Origin: Eledone cirrhosa
Taxonomy: Eukaryota
Length of the DNA: 64,000 bases
Assembly (NCBI GenBank): GCA_964016885.1
Contig: OZ024752.1
Span: 26,412,001-26,476,000 of the forward strand
Reading direction: 5' to 3'
Under the pieces are notes generated by a model. That model ran no database searches. It saw only the letters and a program-made list of their open reading frames with translations, and was not told where the DNA came from. Numbering within the stretch: the stretch's first letter is position 1; each line of letters begins with the position of its first letter. Below are positions 41,339-52,100 of this stretch, one piece after another. The position numbers were made by a program, and so were the translations under genes.

Positions 41339-43249
41339 ATGGCGGAGCCACGCCCCCTAGAGGCGGGTCTGCTGTCGTGCAACGGCGACTTGAGCGTTGA
41401 GAGGAGAGGTGAGGCGAGGAGCGCCACCAGCACGAATGTGAGCAGCGACAGTGCCAGCACCAACGGGCCGAGCGGCGCGGAAGGTGGTAACAGCGACAAC
41501 ACCAACACCAACAAGCCGAACAGCGCAGAAGGTGGTAATAGCGAGAGCACCAACAAAACGAACAGCACAGAGAGTAATAGTAGCGACAGCAGCAGCACCA
41601 ACAAGGCCAACAGCACAGAAGGTAACCACGACACAGGGGAGAACAACAACAGCAATAGCAGCAGCAACACCAACAAGAACAACAACAGTGACAACACCAA
41701 CAAGAACACTTTCGCTGCTGTGGCAGCGGCTAAAAGGAGACCATGCTACAGCATCGACTTAACCAACAGAGAGGAAAAGTTGGCCCAGGCCTGGAAAATC
41801 ATAAATCAAGAGCAGACCTGGGCAAACTTAACTGTCCCGGCAGAAGCCATTGAGGCAGTGGAAAAAAGAACGGTGCATTTCAGATGCATCTCAGTAGAGA
41901 CAAAGAGGGCAGCGATAATCGCCCAAGCTGACATAGAAGCCGCACTGAAATACATCAGAGAGGACACAGACTTCATAGAGAGGGGCAGGCAATACGGCAC
42001 CGTTTCGGTGCTGTTCAAGTCTGAAGCCCTCGCTGTGAAGCATTCAATGACCCCTTGCAAAACCAGCAAGGTCATAATGTACCCCTCCCACATGGGAAAA
42101 CGAATAGCACGTGTGCGCATTCCCAGGATTCCACCAGGACTTGATATGTGGTGGCTCCTGGGTTGCGTAATCGTGGAAGGAACGGATACAGTCCCGGTAG
42201 AGGCAACGAGAACTGCCAGGGACGACTGGTCCGGGGTTGATCTGGAGATACTGCTCCAAATCAGACCCGAAAACGTAAAAACAATCCCGGACCACATCCG
42301 CCTCCAAAACGGGAGGGTGTTGCATATAATGACTGAGGGCAAAAGGCCGCATTGTTTCCTTTGTGGGGAAACGACACACTTGCGAGCCTTCTGCCCTCAA
42401 CTGCCGAAAAGCGCAAGGGGTCGAAAGATTCCACTGCTGGCGACGCCGGGACAAGGACCACCAGCAACACCGTCAACAATGGAACCACCAAAATTGCACA
42501 CCCAGGGGGGAAACGAGGAAAGCTCTCCCATTCCCCCTCCCCCCCAAAATACACACACGAACAAGAACATAAACACTCACTCAGACACAAACACGCTCAC
42601 AGCCACAGACCCCTCATCCTCCAGCAGTGAAGATGAGGGAAAACCAAAGTCCCCCAAAATACAAAAAACAAAACACAAAAAAAAAAGAAATCCACAAAGC
42701 ACAAACACCCCCACAAAAAAAAATACACACACCACCCACACAAACATTTTCCCCACAGCATCACCAACACAACCACCAAAATCCCCCAAACGCAAACAAG
42801 CTAAACAGACACAAGAACAAATAGACACACAAACATCAGAAACTACAGACACCCCACCCACAACAAACGCAGACACAATAGAAACAACACTAACAAAGCT
42901 ATCACCACCACAATCACACGAACAAATAAAACCCGAGCAACAAAACATTAAAAACTTCGTGCTTGCCAGAAGGGCCAACAAGGAATTGATGGCCCATGTA
43001 GCACGAAGCACAAACATCGAAAAAGACGGGGAAACATTTGAAGCGAGCACATTTCGCGTACCAGATAATTTGCTTCTGATGCGAATGTCGCTCGCTTCAT
43101 ACAAAGAAATTCGAAAGAGCTTTCCTCGGGATGTGGGAACCCCGAACGTAAAACCCACGTCAAGACTATTAAAGGGGTTCCCAAAAGAAACCCCACAAAC
43201 CATGGAGGTCGAACCACCCGACCTTCACAAGACCCCGGAAGGTAAGTAA
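41339..43249 (+). CDS. Tx1 ORF1 (636 aa; low-complexity N-terminus, CCHC zinc knuckle)
   Basis: TFAAVAA motif and CFLCGETTHLRAFC; homologous to lineage C ORF1. Confidence 0.93.
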   Translation: MAEPRPLEAGLLSCNGDLSVERRGEARSATSTNVSSDSASTNGPSGAEGGNSDNTNTNKPNSAEGGNSESTNKTNSTESNSSDSSSTNKANSTEGNHDTGENNNSNSSSNTNKNNNSDNTNKNTFAAVAAAKRRPCYSIDLTNREEKLAQAWKIINQEQTWANLTVPAEAIEAVEKRTVHFRCISVETKRAAIIAQADIEAALKYIREDTDFIERGRQYGTVSVLFKSEALAVKHSMTPCKTSKVIMYPSHMGKRIARVRIPRIPPGLDMWWLLGCVIVEGTDTVPVEATRTARDDWSGVDLEILLQIRPENVKTIPDHIRLQNGRVLHIMTEGKRPHCFLCGETTHLRAFCPQLPKSARGRKIPLLATPGQGPPATPSTMEPPKLHTQGGNEESSPIPPPPQNTHTNKNINTHSDTNTLTATDPSSSSSEDEGKPKSPKIQKTKHKKKRNPQSTNTPTKKNTHTTHTNIFPTASPTQPPKSPKRKQAKQTQEQIDTQTSETTDTPPTTNADTIETTLTKLSPPQSHEQIKPEQQNIKNFVLARRANKELMAHVARSTNIEKDGETFEASTFRVPDNLLLMRMSLASYKEIRKSFPRDVGTPNVKPTSRLLKGFPKETPQTMEVEPPDLHKTPEGK

Positions 43250-43278
43250 ACCTTTCCTCTCCCATTCATCCTGCCAGC

Positions 43279-46200
43279 ATGGCCATAAGAGTAGGAAGTT
43301 TAAATGTTCGTGGCCTGGGGTCGCCCTGGAAGCAAGGTCACTTGCTCAACGACCTCAGGTCACTAGGAATGGATGTAATTGCCATCAGCGAGACCAGAAT
43401 TTCCGACACACGCGCACTGGCGCCGATTTTCGACGATTATCAGATCTTTGCATCTGTTAGTCGGCCGGGAATGGGAGGTGGAGTGGCTGTGCTGTTTAGG
43501 AAATGTCTGGATCTCGAGGTAAGGTCAATCTTCCGGGATCCTGACGGAAAGTTGGTGGTCCTGGACGTGAGCAATAGCGAAGGTGGTGCCTTTAGACTGG
43601 TGGCCGTCTACGCCCCTACTGGGGCCGGTCGGCCGGACTTCTTTAGGCGCCTGGAAAACTTTCTGCTTACGTCTCGCCCTTTACTGTTAATAGGGGATTG
43701 GAATGGCATCTTAGAAGCACGCTGGGATTGTGTGGGAGTATCTGATAGGAGCGGGGGGTGCAAAAGCCTCAAGTACCTGATCAGCCAGTTTCAACTGTCT
43801 GACAGGTACCGACTAGATTTCCCTAATGCGCCAGTATGGACCTGGACCAATCGCATAGGGTCATCTAGATCGTACATAGATAGGATTTTCATTAGGAAAA
43901 GAGATAGAAATAGTGTAGGATGTCCACATTTTAAAACGGTTGCCTATTCAGATCACAAGCTTGTGATCTGTATGGTCGACCTAGATAAGACACGTAGGTT
44001 AGGACCTAGCTACTGGAAGCTAAACATGTCGTTTCCGGCACGTAAAGCTTACAGGGACCGGGTCAACAACTTAGTTAAGCAAAAGTTGACAGGGGGGGTT
44101 GTCAACAACAGGTGGTGGGGGGCACTCAAAAGAGAGATTAGAGCAACCTCGATAGGATTTAGCAAAGAAGTAGCAATAGAGAAAAATAGAAAAGAGGAGG
44201 GGCTGATAGCTAAGTTAGACGAGGCTATTTGTAGTGGCATTGCAACAGACGTGCTAGCGGCGAGAATGGCACTAGACCATTTCTTCAATGCGAAACACGA
44301 AGGTTGCATTGTCAGAGCTAAGGCGCGTGCTCTGAGGAACGAGGGAACCAAAGCTGCCCGATGGGCTCGCTTTGCAGAGACGCAGCGTGGAAATAAAACC
44401 ACAATTCGGTCTTTGACGGATCGAGATGGACACGAACTGAGCGATTCCAAGCAGATGTGTGAGGCCTTTCGCCAGCACTTTGCTCGATTGTTCGGGAGGA
44501 TGGGTGAGTCGGAGATGGCGGCGGACTTCAGTCCCTACCTCGACGGCTTGCCACGCCTCTCGACGGCCGACGCTGAGCGCTGCGAAGAGCCGATAACATC
44601 AGCCGAAATTCAGGACGCCCTTGTCGGCTGCTCGAGTCGCAAGTCACCCGGTTTGGATGGTCTGCCCTACGAGCTTTACGTAAATATGCCAGACTTGTTC
44701 TCCGATCTCCTCGAAGCGCTCTACTGCAACTGGCAGCAGAACGGGAGCATTCCCAGTTCTGTGAGCCGTGGCGTAGTGACGCTGATAAGGAAAGACGAGA
44801 ACAAGAGGGACACACTAGATAATTTCAGGCCCATAACCCTGCTCAACACAGAGTTTAAGATTTTGGCCAAGGTGTTAGCGAAAAGGTTGGCGCTTGTCGT
44901 CAAAGATTTGGTTGGGGAGGCGCAAACTTGCGCAATCCCGACCAGGTCCATACACGACAACCTCCACCTCATGCGATACATCATAGAGAGGGTTGGGTGC
45001 AAACCTGGCTTCGGTGGGGCTCTGATCAATTTAGATCAATCGAAAGCATTCGATAGGGTCGACCATCGGTACTTGGAGGCTGTCCTCGAGGCGGCTGGCT
45101 TCGGCCCCGTCTTCAGAAGCTGGATCGCTGCAATGTACAGCGGCATCCGCTCGGTGGTCAAAGTTAATGGCCACCTCTCGGAACCGTTTCAGATCTCTCG
45201 ATCGGTCCGTCAAGGGTGCCCTCTCTCCTCACTTCTGTACGTATTGACTCTTGAGCCTCTACTGCGGAAGCTGGAGTTGTTGCAGGGCATCCCGCTCGAA
45301 CCGGGACGTAGAAAGGCTGCGTCCGCTTATGCAGACGACATCACCGTGATGGTGTCGGACACCTCGGAAATCGAGGTGATCCGCACCCATTTGGAGGAAT
45401 ATGAAAGGTTGACGGGAGCAAAACTTAACCCGGAAAAGTCGGTGGGCTTGCAGCTCGGCACCTGGAGAGGCAAGTCCATGCCGTCCAACAGCGTCGTTGG
45501 GCGCTGGACAGACGGACCGGTAAAGTTGCTCGGGGTTTGGTTCGGACCAGACCTCCAGGTGGATAAGAATTGGGACGAGGTGACGAGCAGGATAGCCAAC
45601 CTCACCCAGAAATGGGCTGAGAGAAAGCTATCACTGAAAGGGCGGGCGGAGGTGGCGAACGCGTACATCGCGTCCGTCATCTACTACCGCCTGACCGTCG
45701 TGCCTTGCCCCCGTCCACGCCTCGCCAATTTGGAACGGCTCCTTTTCAAATTTTTGTGGAGGGGACGGGTCCCGTTGGTGAGGCGGTCCATCTGCTGCCA
45801 GCACCCTCTTCGTGGAGGGCTGGGCATGCCGTGGCTAATGATGCGCAGACATGCGCTGAGGCTGCGACATCTCCAGATATTTTGCCTAAACGGTGAACAG
45901 GTGTGGTCGCCGTTTGTTAGACGGGCCTTTCCGCAGCTCATCTCTTTGACTGAGCTGCAGTCCTGGGTCAAGAAGAGACCGAGACTGGGCGACTGGCATC
46001 TGGAATGTTGCCAGGCGCTCACTGCACTCTGCAAGGTGGGCAATGCGGTCAGTGGAACTTCCACTCAAGATTTCTATAGAGGATTAGTGGAGGGCAAGTG
46101 CGATGACGTACTAGGAGAGGCTCTGGGCGTCAACGAAGTAGAACTGACCAGTATGTTCCGGAGGACTTTCGAGCCGGGGACGATGGATAACTTCCAGAAA

Positions 46201-46698
46201 TCCCTCGCTTGGCAGTGCTACCGAGGGGCGCTGCCGGTTCGGGATAAACTCTACAGGCACGGAAGTGCTGTCAGACGAACCTGCCCGAGATGCGCGCAGA
46301 GCGACGAAACCGTTCTGCACGCACTCGTCCAGTGTCCGTGCATTGCTGACTTGTGGGGTTATGTCGAACAGCTATTGTCGCGTGTAGAACGGATCCGGCT
46401 ATCGTCCGAGTCCATAGTGAAGATTGACCCGCCGCCTTCTTTTGGTCAGGAAGGGCAGGCAATTTTCCTCTGCCTGGTGGCAGTAGCGAAAGAGGTTGCA
46501 TGGTGGACCAGGTTGAAAGGACTGAAGACAGACACTTTTCTCTTCGGCCAATCCCTCATCAACTTCTTCAAGTTTCACTTGGAAAGGAAGGTGAGGGTGG
46601 AGAGAGAAGTGCTGCCCCCCAGTACATTTACTGAAAGGTGGGTGAATGTGGCGAGAATGGCCCGCGTGAGTGGGCCTACTCTGATCATGCGCCTGTAG
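43279..46698 (+). CDS. Tx1 ORF2 (1139 aa; APE endonuclease, RT with YADD, zinc finger)
   Basis: LNVRGL, ISET, GDWN, YIDR, SDH; QGCPLS, YADD; CPRC..ETVLHALVQC. Confidence 0.97.
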   Translation: MAIRVGSLNVRGLGSPWKQGHLLNDLRSLGMDVIAISETRISDTRALAPIFDDYQIFASVSRPGMGGGVAVLFRKCLDLEVRSIFRDPDGKLVVLDVSNSEGGAFRLVAVYAPTGAGRPDFFRRLENFLLTSRPLLLIGDWNGILEARWDCVGVSDRSGGCKSLKYLISQFQLSDRYRLDFPNAPVWTWTNRIGSSRSYIDRIFIRKRDRNSVGCPHFKTVAYSDHKLVICMVDLDKTRRLGPSYWKLNMSFPARKAYRDRVNNLVKQKLTGGVVNNRWWGALKREIRATSIGFSKEVAIEKNRKEEGLIAKLDEAICSGIATDVLAARMALDHFFNAKHEGCIVRAKARALRNEGTKAARWARFAETQRGNKTTIRSLTDRDGHELSDSKQMCEAFRQHFARLFGRMGESEMAADFSPYLDGLPRLSTADAERCEEPITSAEIQDALVGCSSRKSPGLDGLPYELYVNMPDLFSDLLEALYCNWQQNGSIPSSVSRGVVTLIRKDENKRDTLDNFRPITLLNTEFKILAKVLAKRLALVVKDLVGEAQTCAIPTRSIHDNLHLMRYIIERVGCKPGFGGALINLDQSKAFDRVDHRYLEAVLEAAGFGPVFRSWIAAMYSGIRSVVKVNGHLSEPFQISRSVRQGCPLSSLLYVLTLEPLLRKLELLQGIPLEPGRRKAASAYADDITVMVSDTSEIEVIRTHLEEYERLTGAKLNPEKSVGLQLGTWRGKSMPSNSVVGRWTDGPVKLLGVWFGPDLQVDKNWDEVTSRIANLTQKWAERKLSLKGRAEVANAYIASVIYYRLTVVPCPRPRLANLERLLFKFLWRGRVPLVRRSICCQHPLRGGLGMPWLMMRRHALRLRHLQIFCLNGEQVWSPFVRRAFPQLISLTELQSWVKKRPRLGDWHLECCQALTALCKVGNAVSGTSTQDFYRGLVEGKCDDVLGEALGVNEVELTSMFRRTFEPGTMDNFQKSLAWQCYRGALPVRDKLYRHGSAVRRTCPRCAQSDETVLHALVQCPCIADLWGYVEQLLSRVERIRLSSESIVKIDPPPSFGQEGQAIFLCLVAVAKEVAWWTRLKGLKTDTFLFGQSLINFFKFHLERKVRVEREVLPPSTFTERWVNVARMARVSGPTLIMRL

Positions 46699-47185
46699 GC
46701 TGGTGAATTCGAGAAGGAGAGGGGTGCCCTTCCCGGGTGCCCTAGGAGCGTCGGGTGGCTCAGGACTGGTGGGGTGCTTGAGTCAACCCTGGGTGGTGAT
46801 CCCTCTTATTGGGGAACTTTCATTGTTGTATTTTTATTGTTATTTTGTTTTTCTTGTTATTTATACTTACTCGATCTCTATGTAAACCCCCACTGTCCCT
46901 GTCTATTGTGTTGTCCCCTATATGTCGGCCCTTGTGGCCAATAAATGAAATCATTATTATTATTATTATTATTATTGACGAAAGTGGATGTACGTTTTTT
47001 GAAGCTCCGTGAGTAAGCAATTTTTGAGGATTAATTGTAGAGAATTGTTTATTTTTTGTACCGCTGAAGCATTATAAGACATTAATTTGTATCCTGTGAA
47101 GGAATAACTCATAATATTTGGGCCTTTTGGCCCAAATATTTGAACTTTATTTTGAAAAAAATAATAATTTTTTTCTCAAAAAAAC

Positions 47186-49096
47186 ATGGCGGAGCCACGC
47201 CCCCTAGAGGCGGGTCTGCTGTCGTGCAACGGCGACTTGAGCGTTGAGAGGAGAGGTGAGGCGAGGAGCGCCACCAGCACGAATGTGAGCAGCGACAGTG
47301 CCAGCACCAACGGGCCGAGCGGCGCGGAAGGTGGTAACAGCGACAACACCAACACCAACAAGCCGAACAGCGCAGAAGGTGGTAATAGCGAGAGCACCAA
47401 CAAAACGAACAGCACAGAGAGTAATAGTAGCGACAGCAGCAGCACCAACAAGGCCAACAGCACAGAAGGTAACCACGACACAGGGGAGAACAACAACAGC
47501 AATAGCAGCAGCAACACCAACAAGAACAACAACAGTGACAACACCAACAAGAACACTTTCGCTGCTGTGGCAGCGGCTAAAAGGAGACCATGCTACAGCA
47601 TCGACTTAACCAACAGAGAGGAAAAGTTGGCCCAGGCCTGGAAAATCATAAATCAAGAGCAGACCTGGGCAAACTTAACTGTCCCGGCAGAAGCCATTGA
47701 GGCAGTGGAAAAAAGAACGGTGCATTTCAGATGCATCTCAGTAGAGACAAAGAGGGCAGCGATAATCGCCCAAGCTGACATAGAAGCCGCACTGAAATAC
47801 ATCAGAGAGGACACAGACTTCATAGAGAGGGGCAGGCAATACGGCACCGTTTCGGTGCTGTTCAAGTCTGAAGCCCTCGCTGTGAAGCATTCAATGACCC
47901 CTTGCAAAACCAGCAAGGTCATAATGTACCCCTCCCACATGGGAAAACGAATAGCACGTGTGCGCATTCCCAGGATTCCACCAGGACTTGATATGTGGTG
48001 GCTCCTGGGTTGCGTAATCGTGGAAGGAACGGATACAGTCCCGGTAGAGGCAACGAGAACTGCCAGGGACGACTGGTCCGGGGTTGATCTGGAGATACTG
48101 CTCCAAATCAGACCCGAAAACGTAAAAACAATCCCGGACCACATCCGCCTCCAAAACGGGAGGGTGTTGCATATAATGACTGAGGGCAAAAGGCCGCATT
48201 GTTTCCTTTGTGGGGAAACGACACACTTGCGAGCCTTCTGCCCTCAACTGCCGAAAAGCGCAAGGGGTCGAAAGATTCCACTGCTGGCGACGCCGGGACA
48301 AGGACCACCAGCAACACCGTCAACAATGGAACCACCAAAATTGCACACCCAGGGGGGAAACGAGGAAAGCTCTCCCATTCCCCCTCCCCCCCAAAATACA
48401 CACACGAACAAGAACATAAACACTCACTCAGACACAAACACGCTCACAGCCACAGACCCCTCATCCTCCAGCAGTGAAGATGAGGGAAAACCAAAGTCCC
48501 CCAAAATACAAAAAACAAAACACAAAAAAAAAAGAAATCCACAAAGCACAAACACCCCCACAAAAAAAAATACACACACCACCCACACAAACATTTTCCC
48601 CACAGCATCACCAACACAACCACCAAAATCCCCCAAACGCAAACAAGCTAAACAGACACAAGAACAAATAGACACACAAACATCAGAAACTACAGACACC
48701 CCACCCACAACAAACGCAGACACAATAGAAACAACACTAACAAAGCTATCACCACCACAATCACACGAACAAATAAAACCCGAGCAACAAAACATTAAAA
48801 ACTTCGTGCTTGCCAGAAGGGCCAACAAGGAATTGATGGCCCATGTAGCACGAAGCACAAACATCGAAAAAGACGGGGAAACATTTGAAGCGAGCACATT
48901 TCGCGTACCAGATAATTTGCTTCTGATGCGAATGTCGCTCGCTTCATACAAAGAAATTCGAAAGAGCTTTCCTCGGGATGTGGGAACCCCGAACGTAAAA
49001 CCCACGTCAAGACTATTAAAGGGGTTCCCAAAAGAAACCCCACAAACCATGGAGGTCGAACCACCCGACCTTCACAAGACCCCGGAAGGTAAGTAA
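47186..49096 (+). CDS. Tx1 ORF1 (copy 2)
   Basis: Same protein as 41339..43249. Confidence 0.93.
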   Translation: MAEPRPLEAGLLSCNGDLSVERRGEARSATSTNVSSDSASTNGPSGAEGGNSDNTNTNKPNSAEGGNSESTNKTNSTESNSSDSSSTNKANSTEGNHDTGENNNSNSSSNTNKNNNSDNTNKNTFAAVAAAKRRPCYSIDLTNREEKLAQAWKIINQEQTWANLTVPAEAIEAVEKRTVHFRCISVETKRAAIIAQADIEAALKYIREDTDFIERGRQYGTVSVLFKSEALAVKHSMTPCKTSKVIMYPSHMGKRIARVRIPRIPPGLDMWWLLGCVIVEGTDTVPVEATRTARDDWSGVDLEILLQIRPENVKTIPDHIRLQNGRVLHIMTEGKRPHCFLCGETTHLRAFCPQLPKSARGRKIPLLATPGQGPPATPSTMEPPKLHTQGGNEESSPIPPPPQNTHTNKNINTHSDTNTLTATDPSSSSSEDEGKPKSPKIQKTKHKKKRNPQSTNTPTKKNTHTTHTNIFPTASPTQPPKSPKRKQAKQTQEQIDTQTSETTDTPPTTNADTIETTLTKLSPPQSHEQIKPEQQNIKNFVLARRANKELMAHVARSTNIEKDGETFEASTFRVPDNLLLMRMSLASYKEIRKSFPRDVGTPNVKPTSRLLKGFPKETPQTMEVEPPDLHKTPEGK

Positions 49097-49125
49097 ACCT
49101 TTCCTCTCCCATTCATCCTGCCAGC

Positions 49126-52100
49126 ATGGCCATAAGAGTAGGAAGTTTAAATGTTCGTGGCCTGGGGTCGCCCTGGAAGCAAGGTCACTTGCTCAACGAC
49201 CTCAGGTCACTAGGAATGGATGTAATTGCCATCAGCGAGACCAGAATTTCCGACACACGCGCACTGGCGCCGATTTTCGACGATTATCAGATCTTTGCAT
49301 CTGTTAGTCGGCCGGGAATGGGAGGTGGAGTGGCTGTGCTGTTTAGGAAATGTCTGGATCTCGAGGTAAGGTCAATCTTCCGGGATCCTGACGGAAAGTT
49401 GGTGGTCCTGGACGTGAGCAATAGCGAAGGTGGTGCCTTTAGACTGGTGGCCGTCTACGCCCCTACTGGGGCCGGTCGGCCGGACTTCTTTAGGCGCCTG
49501 GAAAACTTTCTGCTTACGTCTCGCCCTTTACTGTTAATAGGGGATTGGAATGGCATCTTAGAAGCACGCTGGGATTGTGTGGGAGTATCTGATAGGAGCG
49601 GGGGGTGCAAAAGCCTCAAGTACCTGATCAGCCAGTTTCAACTGTCTGACAGGTACCGACTAGATTTCCCTAATGCGCCAGTATGGACCTGGACCAATCG
49701 CATAGGGTCATCTAGATCGTACATAGATAGGATTTTCATTAGGAAAAGAGATAGAAATAGTGTAGGATGTCCACATTTTAAAACGGTTGCCTATTCAGAT
49801 CACAAGCTTGTGATCTGTATGGTCGACCTAGATAAGACACGTAGGTTAGGACCTAGCTACTGGAAGCTAAACATGTCGTTTCCGGCACGTAAAGCTTACA
49901 GGGACCGGGTCAACAACTTAGTTAAGCAAAAGTTGACAGGGGGGGTTGTCAACAACAGGTGGTGGGGGGCACTCAAAAGAGAGATTAGAGCAACCTCGAT
50001 AGGATTTAGCAAAGAAGTAGCAATAGAGAAAAATAGAAAAGAGGAGGGGCTGATAGCTAAGTTAGACGAGGCTATTTGTAGTGGCATTGCAACAGACGTG
50101 CTAGCGGCGAGAATGGCACTAGACCATTTCTTCAATGCGAAACACGAAGGTTGCATTGTCAGAGCTAAGGCGCGTGCTCTGAGGAACGAGGGAACCAAAG
50201 CTGCCCGATGGGCTCGCTTTGCAGAGACGCAGCGTGGAAATAAAACCACAATTCGGTCTTTGACGGATCGAGATGGACACGAACTGAGCGATTCCAAGCA
50301 GATGTGTGAGGCCTTTCGCCAGCACTTTGCTCGATTGTTCGGGAGGATGGGTGAGTCGGAGATGGCGGCGGACTTCAGTCCCTACCTCGACGGCTTGCCA
50401 CGCCTCTCGACGGTCGACGCTGAGCGCTGCGAAGAGCCGATAACATCAGCCGAAATTCAGGACGCCCTTGTCGGCTGCTCGAGTCGCAAGTCACCCGGTT
50501 TGGATGGTCTGCCCTACGAGCTTTACGTAAATATGCCAGACTTGTTCTCCGATCTCCTCGAAGCGCTCTACTGCAACTGGCAGCAGAACGGGAGCATTCC
50601 CAGTTCTGTGAGCCGTGGCGTAGTGACGCTGATAAGGAAAGACGAGAACAAGAGGGACACACTAGATAATTTCAGGCCCATAACCCTGCTCAACACAGAG
50701 TTTAAGATTTTGGCCAAGGTGTTAGCGAAAAGGTTGGCGCTTGTCGTCAAAGATTTGGTTGGGGAGGCGCAAACTTGCGCAATCCCGACCAGGTCCATAC
50801 ACGACAACCTCCACCTCATGCGATACATCATAGAGAGGGTTGGGTGCAAACCTGGCTTCGGTGGGGCTCTGATCAATTTAGATCAATCGAAAGCATTCGA
50901 TAGGGTCGACCATCGGTACTTGGAGGCTGTCCTCGAGGCGGCTGGCTTCGGCCCCGTCTTCAGAAGCTGGATCGCTGCAATGTACAGCGGCATCCGCTCG
51001 GTGGTCAAAGTTAATGGCCACCTCTCGGAACCGTTTCAGATCTCTCGATCGGTCCGTCAAGGGTGCCCTCTCTCCTCACTTCTGTACGTATTGACTCTTG
51101 AGCCTCTACTGCGGAAGCTGGAGTTGTTGCAGGGCATCCCGCTCGAACCGGGACGTAGAAAGGCTGCGTCCGCTTATGCAGACGACATCACCGTGATGGT
51201 GTCGGACACCTCGGAAATCGAGGTGATCCGCACCCATTTGGAGGAATATGAAAGGTTGACGGGAGCAAAACTTAACCCGGAAAAGTCGGTGGGCTTGCAG
51301 CTCGGCACCTGGAGAGGCAAGTCCATGCCGTCCAACAGCGTCGTTGGGCGCTGGACAGACGGACCGGTAAAGTTGCTCGGGGTTTGGTTCGGACCAGACC
51401 TCCAGGTGGATAAGAATTGGGACGAGGTGACGAGCAGGATAGCCAACCTCACCCAGAAATGGGCTGAGAGAAAGCTATCACTGAAAGGGCGGGCGGAGGT
51501 GGCGAACGCGTACATCGCGTCCGTCATCTACTACCGCCTGACCGTCGTGCCTTGCCCCCGTCCACGCCTCGCCAATTTGGAACGGCTCCTTTTCAAATTT
51601 TTGTGGAGGGGACGGGTCCCGTTGGTGAGGCGGTCCATCTGCTGCCAGCACCCTCTTCGTGGAGGGCTGGGCATGCCGTGGCTAATGATGCGCAGACATG
51701 CGCTGAGGCTGCGACATCTCCAGATATTTTGCCTAAACGGTGAACAGGTGTGGTCGCCGTTTGTTAGACGGGCCTTTCCGCAGCTCATCTCTTTGACTGA
51801 GCTGCAGTCCTGGGTCAAGAAGAGACCGAGACTGGGCGACTGGCATCTGGAATGTTGCCAGGCGCTCACTGCACTCTGCAAGGTGGGCAATGCGGTCAGT
51901 GGAACTTCCACTCAAGATTTCTATAGAGGATTAGTGGAGGGCAAGTGCGATGACGTACTAGGAGAGGCTCTGGGCGTCAACGAAGTAGAACTGACCAGTA
52001 TGTTCCGGAGGACTTTCCAGCCAGGGACGATGGATAACTTCCAGAAATCCCTCGCTTGGCAGTGCTACCGGGGGGCGCTGCCGGTTCGGGATAAACTCTA

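Larger units (their letters stand above)
41130..46952 (+). mobile_element. Full-length intact Tx1-clade LINE (lineage D) copy 1, in (ATT)n
   Basis: Preceded by (ATT)8; 5' UTR, ORF1, ORF2, and a 3' UTR ending AATAAAtgaaatc. Confidence 0.97.

Noticed and set aside
43242-43277. 36-nt mini-intron (GTAAGT...ctgcCAG) that might fuse ORF1 to ORF2
   Set aside because: Removal gives gaa gca tgg cca taa, which is out of frame with ORF2. It is too short for typical splicing, and lineage C lacks an AG there.
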